Source: a virus. From it: a DNA stretch of 64,000 nucleotides. The stretch lies in IMG/VR virus record IMGVR_UViG_3300035670_000018, positions 64,001 through 128,000 of that record. One strand, given 5' to 3'. Below, one piece after another: positions 1 through 9,885 of this stretch. The translations under genes were made by a program, and so were the position numbers. Positions within the stretch are counted from its first letter, which is position 1; each line of letters begins with the position of its first letter. The notes under the pieces were generated by a model. The model was given only the letters and a program-made list of their open reading frames with translations, was not told the origin of the DNA and ran no database searches.

Positions 1-40
1 CTAAATACATAAGATTATTAGTTATAGGAAATAAATGTGA

Positions 41-637
41 ATGGGTATCATCTATCTTTGGACTAACAAAAATACCAACAAACATTATGTTGGACAAACA
101 ATACATCCAGATCAGCGCAAACGCAATCATATACATGAAGCTTTTGTTCGTGGATCAGATTATTATTTTCATCGTTCATTACGTAAACATGGTTTAGATG
201 CTTTTACATACATCGTACTTGAAGATAATGTTGACAGAGACAAACTCAATGATCGTGAAAACTTCTATATCAACAAATACAATACTATCTGGCCAAATGG
301 CTACAATGAATGTGAAGCGAATAGTCTGTCTCAAGATTCCATTAGAAAAATGAGTGAGACTAAAAAACAACAGTGGCAAACAATGAGTGATGAAGACAAA
401 ATAAAATGGAAACAAGAGCGTGAAAACTTTACTATGAAAGGTAAAACTCAAACACCTAAACAAAAGAGAGCCGCAGCAGAAGCTAATCAGAAAGAATGGT
501 TGATTACCTATCCAAATGGCATCATAGTAAAAATAACAAATCTTCGTCAGTTTTGCATCGATGAAGGACTAGGTACAAACGGCCAGTCAAATCTTGTTAG
601 AGGTTCTTACAAAGGATATAAGGCCATCAAAGTATAA
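41..637 (+). CDS. GIY-YIG homing endonuclease (Seg-like)
   Basis: N-terminal GIIYLWTN..YVGQT, R and E-x-x-Y-I..N GYN motifs; late promoter CTAAATA at 1-7. Confidence 0.85.
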   Translation: MGIIYLWTNKNTNKHYVGQTIHPDQRKRNHIHEAFVRGSDYYFHRSLRKHGLDAFTYIVLEDNVDRDKLNDRENFYINKYNTIWPNGYNECEANSLSQDSIRKMSETKKQQWQTMSDEDKIKWKQERENFTMKGKTQTPKQKRAAAEANQKEWLITYPNGIIVKITNLRQFCIDEGLGTNGQSNLVRGSYKGYKAIKV

Positions 638-640
638 ATA
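633..640 (+). promoter_or_regulatory. T4-type late promoter TATAAATA
   Basis: Exact gp55 consensus upstream of gp3; variants (C/A)TAAATA at 1, 3687, 5812, 23477, 36361, 43418, 45217, 50971, 51748, 55992, 56643, 56943, 62327. Confidence 0.8.
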
Positions 641-656
641 GTGTTAGAGGTAATCA

Positions 657-1175
657 ATGACAACAGAATCATTTCTCACAACTATACCAGACAATACTAG
701 TTTTCTTCAGACAACTAGATACACTTTTGTTATACCTAACTTGCCTTTTGCAAGATACTTTTGTCAGAGTATCAATCTTCCTGGTGTCACATCCAACGAA
801 GTTGAAGTTCCTACTCCATTCTCAAACACGTTCAGACATGCAACCAAAATGTCTTTTGAGCCATTCTCTATTACTTTTCTAATAGACGAAGACTTGAAAG
901 TGTGGGAAGAAACATATAAATGGATTGTATCTCTAACTCGTCCTGAAAGCAACAAGCAATACATCAAGTATAGAGATGAAAACGCATCACCTTATCAGGA
1001 CGGTATATTGACGCTCAATACAAACGCAAACATACCAAACATGAGAATCAAGTTTAAAAACGTCCATCCTACTTCTCTCAGTGGCATACAGTTTGGCACA
1101 ATAGCATCCGCTGAAACTACTCCTACAGCAGATCTTTCTTTCAGATACGATTTACTTGAGATTGAAAGATTTTAG
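657..1175 (+). CDS. gp3: tail completion / tail tube terminator protein (gp3-like)
   Basis: FCQSINLPG, FLIDEDLK, FKNVHPTSLSGIQF motifs; gp3-uvsY-uvsW synteny. Confidence 0.75.
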   Translation: MTTESFLTTIPDNTSFLQTTRYTFVIPNLPFARYFCQSINLPGVTSNEVEVPTPFSNTFRHATKMSFEPFSITFLIDEDLKVWEETYKWIVSLTRPESNKQYIKYRDENASPYQDGILTLNTNANIPNMRIKFKNVHPTSLSGIQFGTIASAETTPTADLSFRYDLLEIERF

Positions 1176-1204
1176 TTGACAGGAACTTAATTTCCTTATA
1201 TACT
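1176..1204 (+). promoter_or_regulatory. sigma70-type promoter
   Basis: TTGACA-17-TATACT. Confidence 0.7.
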
Positions 1205-1232
1205 TACAATCATTTTTTGTAATGGAGATGTA

Positions 1233-1682
1233 ATGAAACCGCCAGTGAACATTGACACACTCATGGAAGAATGGGTCAAAGACTCAGCATGGGATGAAAC
1301 TGAACCACAAAAAGCCATGGCTAACATACCAAAGCTTCATGCGAAGTATTTGCGTATCATGACACATCACAATCTGTTAGTCAAGAAGCTTTATGCTGAG
1401 TATAACACTCGGCGCAAGATCAAGTGGGAATACTACAGCGGTGATCTGAACAATCCAGAAGACCTTGAGAAGTATGGCCTTGAACCTATGATGAAGAAGG
1501 TATTGCGCGCAGACTTGTCTCACTATCTTGATTCAGATACTGAACTAAATAACATACTGTTGAAGAAAGTGATACATGAAGAGATTGTTGAGTTCTGTAA
1601 GAATGTATTGAAGGAGTTGAACAATCGTACTTGGCAGTTGAAAGAATACATGTCATGGGAAAGATTTGTTGGTGGACAGTAA
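1233..1682 (+). CDS. uvsY: recombination mediator UvsY
   Basis: IPKLHAKYL, KWEYYSG, RTWQLK..WERF motifs; synteny. Confidence 0.9.
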   Translation: MKPPVNIDTLMEEWVKDSAWDETEPQKAMANIPKLHAKYLRIMTHHNLLVKKLYAEYNTRRKIKWEYYSGDLNNPEDLEKYGLEPMMKKVLRADLSHYLDSDTELNNILLKKVIHEEIVEFCKNVLKELNNRTWQLKEYMSWERFVGGQ

Positions 1683-2199
1683 TAGTAAAATAATAGATCC
1701 TTTATCAGAAGCCTTAGGTATTGAATGTTCTATTGAAATAGATTATTCAGATTGTGTAATCTTTGATCCTGTTACTAACAGAGAAGAAGCTATAAAGCGT
1801 AATGCTGAAATAGTTGAATGTGATAGGTGTGGAGTAAAAGGCAATAGACCTAACATGATAAGGTGGCATTTTGAAAATTGCACAACTAAACTAAAAAAAT
1901 GTAAGCAGTGTCAGAACATTATACCGAGACAAGGCATTAAGGACAGTTTGTATAAAGATAAGAAATATTGCAGTAGAAGTTGTTATATGAAAACTAAGAT
2001 TGGTAAAACACCAATCGTGATGACACAAGAAGTCAGAACAAAGATATCAAAATCTGCTCTAAGCAGGTCTGAACAATTGAGCGTTAGAATGAAAAACAAC
2101 ATTAGTCAACTGGAAAAGTTAACATGTTCCAATTGTGGTAAAACCATGAACAAAGGAAACTTTATAAAATGGAATCATGGAGAACAGTGTGAACAATAG
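1666..2199 (+). CDS. Cys-rich zinc-finger/NUMOD-like protein, possible mobile endonuclease derivative
   Basis: Several CxxC pairs, WHFENC and WNHGEQC repeats; inserted between uvsY and uvsW. Confidence 0.5.
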   Translation: MLVDSNSKIIDPLSEALGIECSIEIDYSDCVIFDPVTNREEAIKRNAEIVECDRCGVKGNRPNMIRWHFENCTTKLKKCKQCQNIIPRQGIKDSLYKDKKYCSRSCYMKTKIGKTPIVMTQEVRTKISKSALSRSEQLSVRMKNNISQLEKLTCSNCGKTMNKGNFIKWNHGEQCEQ

Positions 2200-3664
2200 A
2201 TTGATTGTTATGAATGTTGATGAGGCTTATGTCAAGGTTATATGTGATGACGGTATCGCATATGAACTACGTGAAGCATTCAAGTTCAAAGTTCCTAACT
2301 ATCAGTTTACACCCCAGTATAAGGCAAGACTGTGGAGTGGTGATATTTTTCTTTTTGATGTGCGTAGTAGGCGGCTTTACAGGGGTTTAGTTCCCTATCT
2401 GTTTAAGTTTGCCGAAGAAAGAGATTATGATATTGATTATGAAAACGAAGACTATGATGAAGAGTTTTCGTTAGCGGAAGCAAAAGAGTTTGTAGAACTA
2501 ATAAGGCCGAAACATGCTCCAAGAGATTACCAGTTGGATGCATTCGTTCACGCTATTCGCACAAGGCGCGCTTTACTACTTAGCCCCACTGCAAGTGGTA
2601 AGTCTCTTATTATTTATTTTCTTACTCGTTTTCTGGAACACAGAGGTTTAAAACGAGGTTTGATAATCGTACCAACTGTTTCTCTTGTAGAACAGTTGAC
2701 AAGCGATTTCAAAGATTATAGTGAAACGAATGGATGGAACGTTAGCGACAAAGTACATAAGATTTATCAGGGTCAGGAAAAGTCTAGCGATAAGTTTCTG
2801 ACGATTTCAACTTGGCAGTCTATCTATCAACTGCCGAAGAAGTATTTTATTGACTACGATTTCGTGATTGGTGATGAAGCACATCTATTCAAAGCCAAAT
2901 CTCTAATAGATATTATGACGGGATTATCTAATGCAAGATATAGAATCGGAACTACTGGAACTTTGGACGGTACAAAAACCCATAGATTGGTACTTGAAGG
3001 ACTGTTTGGCTCAGTTCGTAAAGTTATCACCACCAAAGAACTCATGGATGCAAAGCACTTGGCTGAGTTCCAAATCAAGTGCTTACTACTTAGACACAGT
3101 GAGTCTATCTGTCAAGCATCAAAGAACTTTACCTATCAGCAGGAGATTGAATACCTTGTCCTTAACGATGCCAGAAATCGGTTCATCTCTAATCTGGCTG
3201 TCTCACTTGAAGGAAACACGCTCGTTCTCTTCCAGTACGTTGACAAGCACGGACGCATTCTACACAAACTCATTTCTGACAAATTGGGAGTGGACAGAAA
3301 GGTATTCTTCGTAAGTGGTAAAACAGATGTGGACATACGTGAAGAGATTCGTAAGATCGTTGAACAGGAAACGCAGGCTATTATTGTTGCTAGTTTTGGC
3401 ACTTTTAGCACTGGCATCAATATTAGAAATCTTCATAACATTATCTTTGCTAGCCCGTCTAAGTCTAGGATAAGAAACTTGCAATCCATTGGTCGTGTAT
3501 TACGTAAGAGTGAAACAAAAGATTCAGCAACTTTGTTTGATATCGCCGATGATATGAGATACAAAAAGCATGAGAACTATACATTGAAGCATTTTGCTGC
3601 CAGAATACAGATATATGGTGAAGAAAAGTTCAAGTTTAAAATATACAAAATCGAATTGAAATAG
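2177..3664 (+). CDS. uvsW: SF2 DNA/RNA helicase UvsW
   Basis: SPTASGKS Walker A, DEAH, QSIGRVLR. Confidence 0.95.
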   Translation: MENSVNNRLIVMNVDEAYVKVICDDGIAYELREAFKFKVPNYQFTPQYKARLWSGDIFLFDVRSRRLYRGLVPYLFKFAEERDYDIDYENEDYDEEFSLAEAKEFVELIRPKHAPRDYQLDAFVHAIRTRRALLLSPTASGKSLIIYFLTRFLEHRGLKRGLIIVPTVSLVEQLTSDFKDYSETNGWNVSDKVHKIYQGQEKSSDKFLTISTWQSIYQLPKKYFIDYDFVIGDEAHLFKAKSLIDIMTGLSNARYRIGTTGTLDGTKTHRLVLEGLFGSVRKVITTKELMDAKHLAEFQIKCLLLRHSESICQASKNFTYQQEIEYLVLNDARNRFISNLAVSLEGNTLVLFQYVDKHGRILHKLISDKLGVDRKVFFVSGKTDVDIREEIRKIVEQETQAIIVASFGTFSTGINIRNLHNIIFASPSKSRIRNLQSIGRVLRKSETKDSATLFDIADDMRYKKHENYTLKHFAARIQIYGEEKFKFKIYKIELK

Positions 3665-3715
3665 ACATTTGAACATCCTTTGTTGTCTAAATAGTAGAAG
3701 ATAAAGGAAATAACT

Positions 3716-4261
3716 ATGGATATCATTAAACTCAAAGAAGCAAAAGACAAAGGTTTAACATACTACTATACAGGTAAACCTTGTAAACATGGTCATGATT
3801 CGGTCAGACTTGTAAAAGGTGGTTCTTGTCGTGAGTGTAAAAATTTAAAGGCAGCAATAGAACGTTCTAAACCAGAATACAAACAAAAATCTGCAAAATA
3901 TCACCATGAGAGACATAAAAAGTTATATACAACAGAAAAAAGAAGAGAGAAATATAACAAAGACATAGTTGGTGCTATGTGGTATAGAGCAAAGAAACGT
4001 GCTGAACGTCGAGGTATTGAGTTTAGCATAAAACCAAGCGATATCATCATACCTGATGTATGTCCTATTTTAGGTATTACTATAAACAAGATTATTGACG
4101 GTAAAAAAGAGACATCTCCTTCGTTAGATAGAAAAGATGCTAAAGTTGGTTACACAAAAGAAAACATCGCTGTTATATCAAATAGAGCAAATCGCATAAA
4201 AAGTGATGCTACTTTAGAAGAAATAACAAAGATTATGGAATACATGAAAGGAATACAGTGA
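3716..4261 (+). CDS. HNH-type homing endonuclease
   Basis: YYTGKPCKHGH N-domain; CPILG..SPSLDR..GYTKENIAVISNRANRIK. Confidence 0.75.
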   Translation: MDIIKLKEAKDKGLTYYYTGKPCKHGHDSVRLVKGGSCRECKNLKAAIERSKPEYKQKSAKYHHERHKKLYTTEKRREKYNKDIVGAMWYRAKKRAERRGIEFSIKPSDIIIPDVCPILGITINKIIDGKKETSPSLDRKDAKVGYTKENIAVISNRANRIKSDATLEEITKIMEYMKGIQ

Positions 4262-4719
4262 TGGCGAGGAAAAGTTCAAGTTCAAAATCTACAAAATCGA
4301 ACTCAAGTGATATCAGATTTATCAGACTTGTTACAGGTGAAGACATTGTTGCTGAAGTTACTGATGTTGCTAATGGCAAAATGATCATAAACAATCCATT
4401 GAAGATAGTCTATGCTCCTTCTGTACAAACAGGCTTTCTTTCAATATCACTCATGCAATGGGTATTTACTAGAATATCAAGAAACCAGACATTTAACTTG
4501 GACTTACATAACATTTTAGTTATGACGCAAGCCGACGATGCACTTGAAAAACACTACAAGGAATCTTTGGATACCTTTGATACTAAAAATTTTGAAACAG
4601 AATATAATGATTATACTGAAGAATCTGATGAGTTTGACACTCTTGAACCTGATAAAGGACTTGAAATGTTGAAGAATCTTATGGACAAGATAAAGAACAA
4701 TAAAGGAAAGTTACACTAA
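4258..4719 (+). CDS. conserved T4-like Sm-fold protein
   Basis: IRLVTGEDIVAEV..NPL motif; typical position between uvsW and gp55. Confidence 0.6.
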   Translation: MMARKSSSSKSTKSNSSDIRFIRLVTGEDIVAEVTDVANGKMIINNPLKIVYAPSVQTGFLSISLMQWVFTRISRNQTFNLDLHNILVMTQADDALEKHYKESLDTFDTKNFETEYNDYTEESDEFDTLEPDKGLEMLKNLMDKIKNNKGKLH

Positions 4720-4982
4720 TGGCAAAAGAAACTATAACAGAGTTAGATGAATCTAACGATTTTGGTTTTTCATTTCATGATGAAGAAGAGATTGTAACAT
4801 CTTCTGGTGTTACTAATGAAGTTGAATTACTAAAGAACAGATTGAAGACCATAAGAAAGACATATCTTCCTTTGCTTCAACATTTAGCAAAAGATCCTGA
4901 TAAGCCTATGATCAAGTGGCCTAACAGAAAAGACATACTGGATAAGCAGATCAAGAAGATGATTGAACTGACAGAAGTATAA
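4719..4982 (+). CDS. hypothetical protein
   Basis: ORF coupled to the upstream stop; DFGFS and IKWPNR motifs. Confidence 0.6.
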   Translation: MAKETITELDESNDFGFSFHDEEEIVTSSGVTNEVELLKNRLKTIRKTYLPLLQHLAKDPDKPMIKWPNRKDILDKQIKKMIELTEV

Positions 4983-5054
4983 TTAAAGGTATTCATATCA
5001 TCGCTGGCATAGCTAGAATACAGCTATGTCAAGCGTTTGTCAAGAGGAAAGTGC

Positions 5055-5642
5055 ATGACCAAACAAAATAATAAAGTACACTACGTAGATAATCAAAAGT
5101 TCTATCAGGAAATCTTAGAACACAAGAGAAAGCTAAAAGAAGCGAGAGAACAAGGTAAAGAAGATCCTAGATTGTCCAACTACATAGGTGAATGTATATG
5201 GAAGATAGCAAACAAGCTGTCATGTAAGCCTTGCTTTATCAACTATTCCTACAGAGATGAGATGATTTCAGATGCCATAGAAAACTGTATACTATATTTC
5301 AATGACTATGATCCAAATAGAGGTTCCAATCCATTTGCATACTTTACTCAGGTCATATACTTTGCTTTCCTGAGACGCATCAATAAGGAAGAAAAGAACA
5401 GATACATCATCTATAAGAATTTCCAAGAGACTGTTATAAACAATGGACATGCAGGATTCCTCGTAGATGGAGATGACAATCACTTGCTTTCCGTAAATCT
5501 TTATGATAACATAAATGAGTTTATGGAAAAGTATGAGAAGAAAGAAGCTATCAAAAAGCAAAAGCGAAAAGAACAAAAGTTAGGTCTAACAAAGTTTTAT
5601 GAGGAAGAAAAAGATGAACAGCGAAGTACCGTTTCAAGTTGA
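5055..5642 (+). CDS. gp55: late-transcription sigma factor gp55
   Basis: HYVDN, YIGEC, FINYSYRDEMISDAIENC, NPFAYFTQ; ATG 5055 follows GAGGA. Confidence 0.95.
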   Translation: MTKQNNKVHYVDNQKFYQEILEHKRKLKEAREQGKEDPRLSNYIGECIWKIANKLSCKPCFINYSYRDEMISDAIENCILYFNDYDPNRGSNPFAYFTQVIYFAFLRRINKEEKNRYIIYKNFQETVINNGHAGFLVDGDDNHLLSVNLYDNINEFMEKYEKKEAIKKQKRKEQKLGLTKFYEEEKDEQRSTVSS

Positions 5643-5799
5643 ACACTTGATTAATAGTCTTCTGAACCAGAAAGAAAATATCCATATTCGTGGAAACTAT
5701 AGAAACAGACTGGAAACGATAAAAGAAGCTATTGACAAAAGCATCCGTTTATACGATAATGAGTTATATATGTCTAACAATAGAAAAAGGAAGGCATAA
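5614..5799 (+). CDS. hypothetical protein
   Basis: Short ORF overlapping the gp55 end. Confidence 0.55.
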   Translation: MNSEVPFQVEHLINSLLNQKENIHIRGNYRNRLETIKEAIDKSIRLYDNELYMSNNRKRKA

Positions 5800-5811
5800 A
5801 TCATAGGAATG

Positions 5812-5888
5812 ATAAATAGATGTGGGTCGCAGGACGGGAATCCTCACCCACTCTAACGCTATGAAGGAGCGCCAGCATGTCTATTTAT
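5812..5888 (+). promoter_or_regulatory. late promoter within a multi-stem leader that sequesters the start codon
   Basis: ATAAATAGATGTG pairs with CATGTCTATTTAT; inner stems GTGGGT/ACCCAC, AGGA/TCCT, CGCT/AGCG. Confidence 0.65.
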
Positions 5889-6383
5889 ACTTACCGCATA
5901 AACAAATCTATTTCTGAAGCTTTAGGAATAGAATATCAAGAAATTCCAGAACTATCCGATCAAGAACTGAATAAATTTGAGATTTCTGAAACAGAAAGTA
6001 TTCCAGGTCCAAAACATTGTGATGAAACCAAACTAAGCATTTCACTTAGTAATAAGGAATACTACAAGACTGATAGAGGTTTGAAAAGACGCAAAATCAT
6101 ATCAGAAAGAAATAAGATTATCAAGTCTCAAGAAATGAAAAGTAGATGGGAACAAAACTATGAACAACTTAGAGAGTTGACAAAGAATAAAGGACGAAGA
6201 AAAGGTTGTAAAGACTTACGTAAGAGAAAGCAAAGAGACCTTAGAAAAGTTCAAAAAGATATGATACAATATAATGATGTGTATGCTGCTGCGTCTGTTC
6301 ACTATAAAGACAATCCAAACGGAGCGCATTATATAAGACGAATGTGTAGACTACAGATTTCAGGATGGAAGTATAATGACTAA
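5877..6383 (+). CDS. basic NUMOD-like protein, possible mobile endonuclease derivative
   Basis: KHCDETKLSIS NUMOD3-like segment; inserted before gp47. Confidence 0.5.
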   Translation: MSIYTYRINKSISEALGIEYQEIPELSDQELNKFEISETESIPGPKHCDETKLSISLSNKEYYKTDRGLKRRKIISERNKIIKSQEMKSRWEQNYEQLRELTKNKGRRKGCKDLRKRKQRDLRKVQKDMIQYNDVYAAASVHYKDNPNGAHYIRRMCRLQISGWKYND

Positions 6384-7455
6384 AGTTGCTATGATAACAG
6401 ATTTACATCTTGGTGTTAGAAATGACAATCCAATCTTTTATGAATACTTCAAAAAATCGTTTGATTGGTTTTTCAATTACCTTGATGAACATAACATCAA
6501 AGATTGTATTGTGTTAGGTGATCTTGTTGATCGCAGGAAGTATATCAATATACTTACTGCTAATCGACTTAGGGAAGATTTTTTAGAACAACTTGAAAGT
6601 AGAAATATCAAAACACATGTTATTCCTGGAAATCACGATTGCTACTTCAAGAACACTAATGATGTAAACATATTGGAAGAAATAATCGGTAATCGCTACC
6701 AGAACATCAATATATACTCAACACCAACAGAGATTGAGATTGATGGTTGTGCATTCTTTCTTTTGCCTTGGATCACAAAGGCCAATGAAAAGGCGTGTTA
6801 TGAAGCTGTAGAGAATACCAAGTCACTTATTTGTTGTGGCCATCTTGAACTTGATGGGTTTGAGATGCAGAAAGGATTGTTATCAGACCATGGCTGGAAT
6901 CATAAAGTGTTTTCACGTTTTGATCATGTCTTTACTGGTCATTATCATCACCGTTCCACTCGGGATAATATTTACTATATTGGTGCTTTTTGTGAGCATA
7001 TATGGAGCGATTACAATGATCCTCGCGGTTTTATTATCTTTGATACAGGAACCCGTGTTGTTGAGTTTCTTCGCAATCCTTTTCGTATTTTTCATATGGT
7101 GGCTTATGATGATGTGAAGCATCCTGATATTCTTGAGAAGATTAGTGCAACTGACTATTCCAAGTTCAAAGATACCTATGTAAAGATTGTGTGTGTGAAT
7201 AAGACTAATCCATATGCGTTTGATGTTTTACTTGACAGATTGTATCAAGCACAAGCAGCAGACATTTCCATTGTGGAAGATATCAATTCGTTCACTGACA
7301 ATAATGCAGATGAACTTGTAGACGAAGCACAAGACACATTGACGATCCTAGATAATTTTATAAGTGGGTTGACATTACCTGTAGAAAATGATAAAATGAA
7401 ACATTACATGCGTGAGGTATATACCGAAGCACTGTCGTTGGAGACTATAGAATGA
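6376..7455 (+). CDS. gp47: recombination endonuclease gp47 (SbcD/Mre11-like)
   Basis: TDLHLG, GDLVD, GNHD, GHYH metallophosphoesterase motifs. Confidence 0.95.
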   Translation: MTKVAMITDLHLGVRNDNPIFYEYFKKSFDWFFNYLDEHNIKDCIVLGDLVDRRKYINILTANRLREDFLEQLESRNIKTHVIPGNHDCYFKNTNDVNILEEIIGNRYQNINIYSTPTEIEIDGCAFFLLPWITKANEKACYEAVENTKSLICCGHLELDGFEMQKGLLSDHGWNHKVFSRFDHVFTGHYHHRSTRDNIYYIGAFCEHIWSDYNDPRGFIIFDTGTRVVEFLRNPFRIFHMVAYDDVKHPDILEKISATDYSKFKDTYVKIVCVNKTNPYAFDVLLDRLYQAQAADISIVEDINSFTDNNADELVDEAQDTLTILDNFISGLTLPVENDKMKHYMREVYTEALSLETIE

Positions 7456-7826
7456 AGTATAACATTGGTAACAAATTCTGGCGTGTGAATAAGATATTCA
7501 ACCGTCTCACAGGCGTACAGAAGAAGCTGAAGATGGTTGATGCTGATGGTATTGAATGGTATCGCTATGATAAGGATAGTGTCGATTTTGACTTGATGGA
7601 AGTCGAAATTGTAGGTACATTCAATGCTGTTGTCGAAGGGCACAACATTTGGAATGAAGAAGAGTATTGTGACCGCTACTGTATGAAGATCGGTGATCAC
7701 TACGATGAAGTGTGGGAAGATGAATTTGATGGTGAACATCGCGGACACTATACTTCTTATTTCCATACCAAAGAAGAAGCTGAAGAATACATCAAGGAAC
7801 AGCGTGAGTATCACAACGCACTATGA
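7452..7826 (+). CDS. hypothetical protein
   Basis: ORF overlapping gp47 stop and gp46 start. Confidence 0.6.
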   Translation: MKYNIGNKFWRVNKIFNRLTGVQKKLKMVDADGIEWYRYDKDSVDFDLMEVEIVGTFNAVVEGHNIWNEEEYCDRYCMKIGDHYDEVWEDEFDGEHRGHYTSYFHTKEEAEEYIKEQREYHNAL

Positions 7827-9535
7827 TTACATTTGAACTGATTAGATGGAAGAACCTTCTTTCTACTGGTAATGCGTGGACTGAGATTGAACTGAATTCC
7901 TCAAAGACAAACTTGATAGTAGGCGCGAACGGGCATGGTAAATCAACCATACTTGACGCGCTTACTTTTGTTTTGTTTGGTAAACCATTCCGTAAAATCA
8001 ACAAGCCTCTACTTATAAACAGTGTGAATAACAAAGACTGTAAAGTTGAGATTGTATTCAAGGCCTACGGCAAAGACTACAAGATTGTGCGTGGCATTCG
8101 TCCTAATATCTTTGAGATATGGGTTGATGGTTCATTGTTGAATCAGGACTCAGCTTCCAGAGACTATCAGGAATATCTTGAAAAGTTCATTCTCAAGATG
8201 AACATGAAGTCCTTCTGTCAGATTGTCATTCTTGGTTCAGCATCTTTTACACCGTTCATGCAGCTAACACCTGCTGATCGTCGCACTATCATTGAAGACT
8301 TGTTGGACATTCAAATCTTCTCAGTAATGAGTCTATTGGTAAAGCAGCGTTGGCAAGAAAACAAGGAAAGTGTAGAGAAGAACCGTATGCTTCTCAAGTC
8401 TGCACAGGACAAGAGAGACTATGTTGAGCGTACACTTGCCAATCTAAAGCAGAACAATGATGACAGACTGCTTGAACTTGAAAAGCAGCTTGCAGATTTT
8501 ACACAGCAAAAGAAAGATTTGTTAGAGAAAGTGAAAGGTCTTCTGGATGAAAAAGAAGACCTGATGACAGATGTTCTCACACTGACAGATGTTCGCAATG
8601 ACTATTCAAACTCTATTGTATCGCTCACAACTCAGGAAACAAACATTCAAAGATGCGACAAAGAGATTGAGTTTCTGACTGAACATGATGAGTGTCCAAC
8701 CTGTAAGCAGCATATTGATGAACACTTCAGAGCAAGACGAAAGATCAAGCTTCATGAAGAAGCAGCAGAAGCACAGAAGTATGCTGATCTGCTAAAGAAG
8801 TATATGGACGATCTTCTCACAAAGATCAACAATCTTGAAGACAAGTCTAAGCGGTCGCATTCTATCTCTGCTGAAATCAAGTCCAGTAAGCAGACAATGA
8901 TGCATATCGTTTCCATGATGAACGACATTGAAGACAATATGAATAAGATCCGAAATGCAGACAAGCTTGTAATGGACAGCGAAAAGGACTTGAAATCTGC
9001 TGAAGAAGAAATCTATCGCATGGAAGGGTCTTTGCAGTTCCGTCTAAACGAACGTACCATGATTGAAACGGCCATGTCTCTACTCAAGGATGGTGGTATC
9101 AAGACGAAGATCATCAAGCAATATATTCCAATCATTAACAAGCTTGTAAATAAGTATCTTGCTCAGATGGGCTTTTTTGTCAACTTCAACATTGATGAGA
9201 ACTTCAATGAGGTAATCAAGTCTAGATATCGTGATGAGTTTTCATATTCCAATTTCTCAGAAGGTGAGAAGACACGCATTGATCTTGCATTGCTGTTTAC
9301 TTGGCGTTCCATTGCAAAGATGAAGAACAGTGTGAATACCAATCTGCTTATTCTGGACGAGATTCTTGATGGAAGTCTTGATGCAAATGGTACCGATGAG
9401 TTCCTCAAGATCATTCAGACATTGACAGATGACACGAACACCTATATAATATCACACAAACAAGATCAACTCTTGGACAAGTTTGATAAAGTATACCGCT
9501 TTGAGAAGCAAAAGAATTTTAGTAGGATGGTATAA
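7823..9535 (+). CDS. gp46: recombination ATPase gp46 (SbcC/Rad50-like)
   Basis: GANGHGKS, CPTC hook, FSEGE, LDEILD. Confidence 0.95.
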   Translation: MITFELIRWKNLLSTGNAWTEIELNSSKTNLIVGANGHGKSTILDALTFVLFGKPFRKINKPLLINSVNNKDCKVEIVFKAYGKDYKIVRGIRPNIFEIWVDGSLLNQDSASRDYQEYLEKFILKMNMKSFCQIVILGSASFTPFMQLTPADRRTIIEDLLDIQIFSVMSLLVKQRWQENKESVEKNRMLLKSAQDKRDYVERTLANLKQNNDDRLLELEKQLADFTQQKKDLLEKVKGLLDEKEDLMTDVLTLTDVRNDYSNSIVSLTTQETNIQRCDKEIEFLTEHDECPTCKQHIDEHFRARRKIKLHEEAAEAQKYADLLKKYMDDLLTKINNLEDKSKRSHSISAEIKSSKQTMMHIVSMMNDIEDNMNKIRNADKLVMDSEKDLKSAEEEIYRMEGSLQFRLNERTMIETAMSLLKDGGIKTKIIKQYIPIINKLVNKYLAQMGFFVNFNIDENFNEVIKSRYRDEFSYSNFSEGEKTRIDLALLFTWRSIAKMKNSVNTNLLILDEILDGSLDANGTDEFLKIIQTLTDDTNTYIISHKQDQLLDKFDKVYRFEKQKNFSRMV

Positions 9536-9885
9536 TGACAAAGACACCCGTTGAAGAATCTGCACCATATGATAATTTCATTGGACAAACTACTGAACCA
9601 GTAGTGCCTGAAGAGCCAACTCTTGCAGACTTTCTTGGTATGGAAGATGATGAGGAAAGTGAACGTGAAAAGCTTTGGGTAGGAATGCCTGAGTTTGTTC
9701 AGAAAGACAATCCTCCATTCAAGACAATATATTTGCATTTCCGCAATCAGCAAGACTTTGATGAGTTTGTCTCTAAGTATAAGTCGGTTGATGATGAGCA
9801 AACGATTTCAAAGAAGACAAAGAGCATGTGGTATCCTCACCTTGACAAGGACGAGAACTCTTTGAAGAGATGGTTTGAAGAATGA
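9535..9885 (+). CDS. hypothetical protein of the DNA-modification locus
   Basis: WVGMPEF..KTKSMWYP; coupled to the two downstream enzymes. Confidence 0.6.
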   Translation: MTKTPVEESAPYDNFIGQTTEPVVPEEPTLADFLGMEDDEESEREKLWVGMPEFVQKDNPPFKTIYLHFRNQQDFDEFVSKYKSVDDEQTISKKTKSMWYPHLDKDENSLKRWFEE

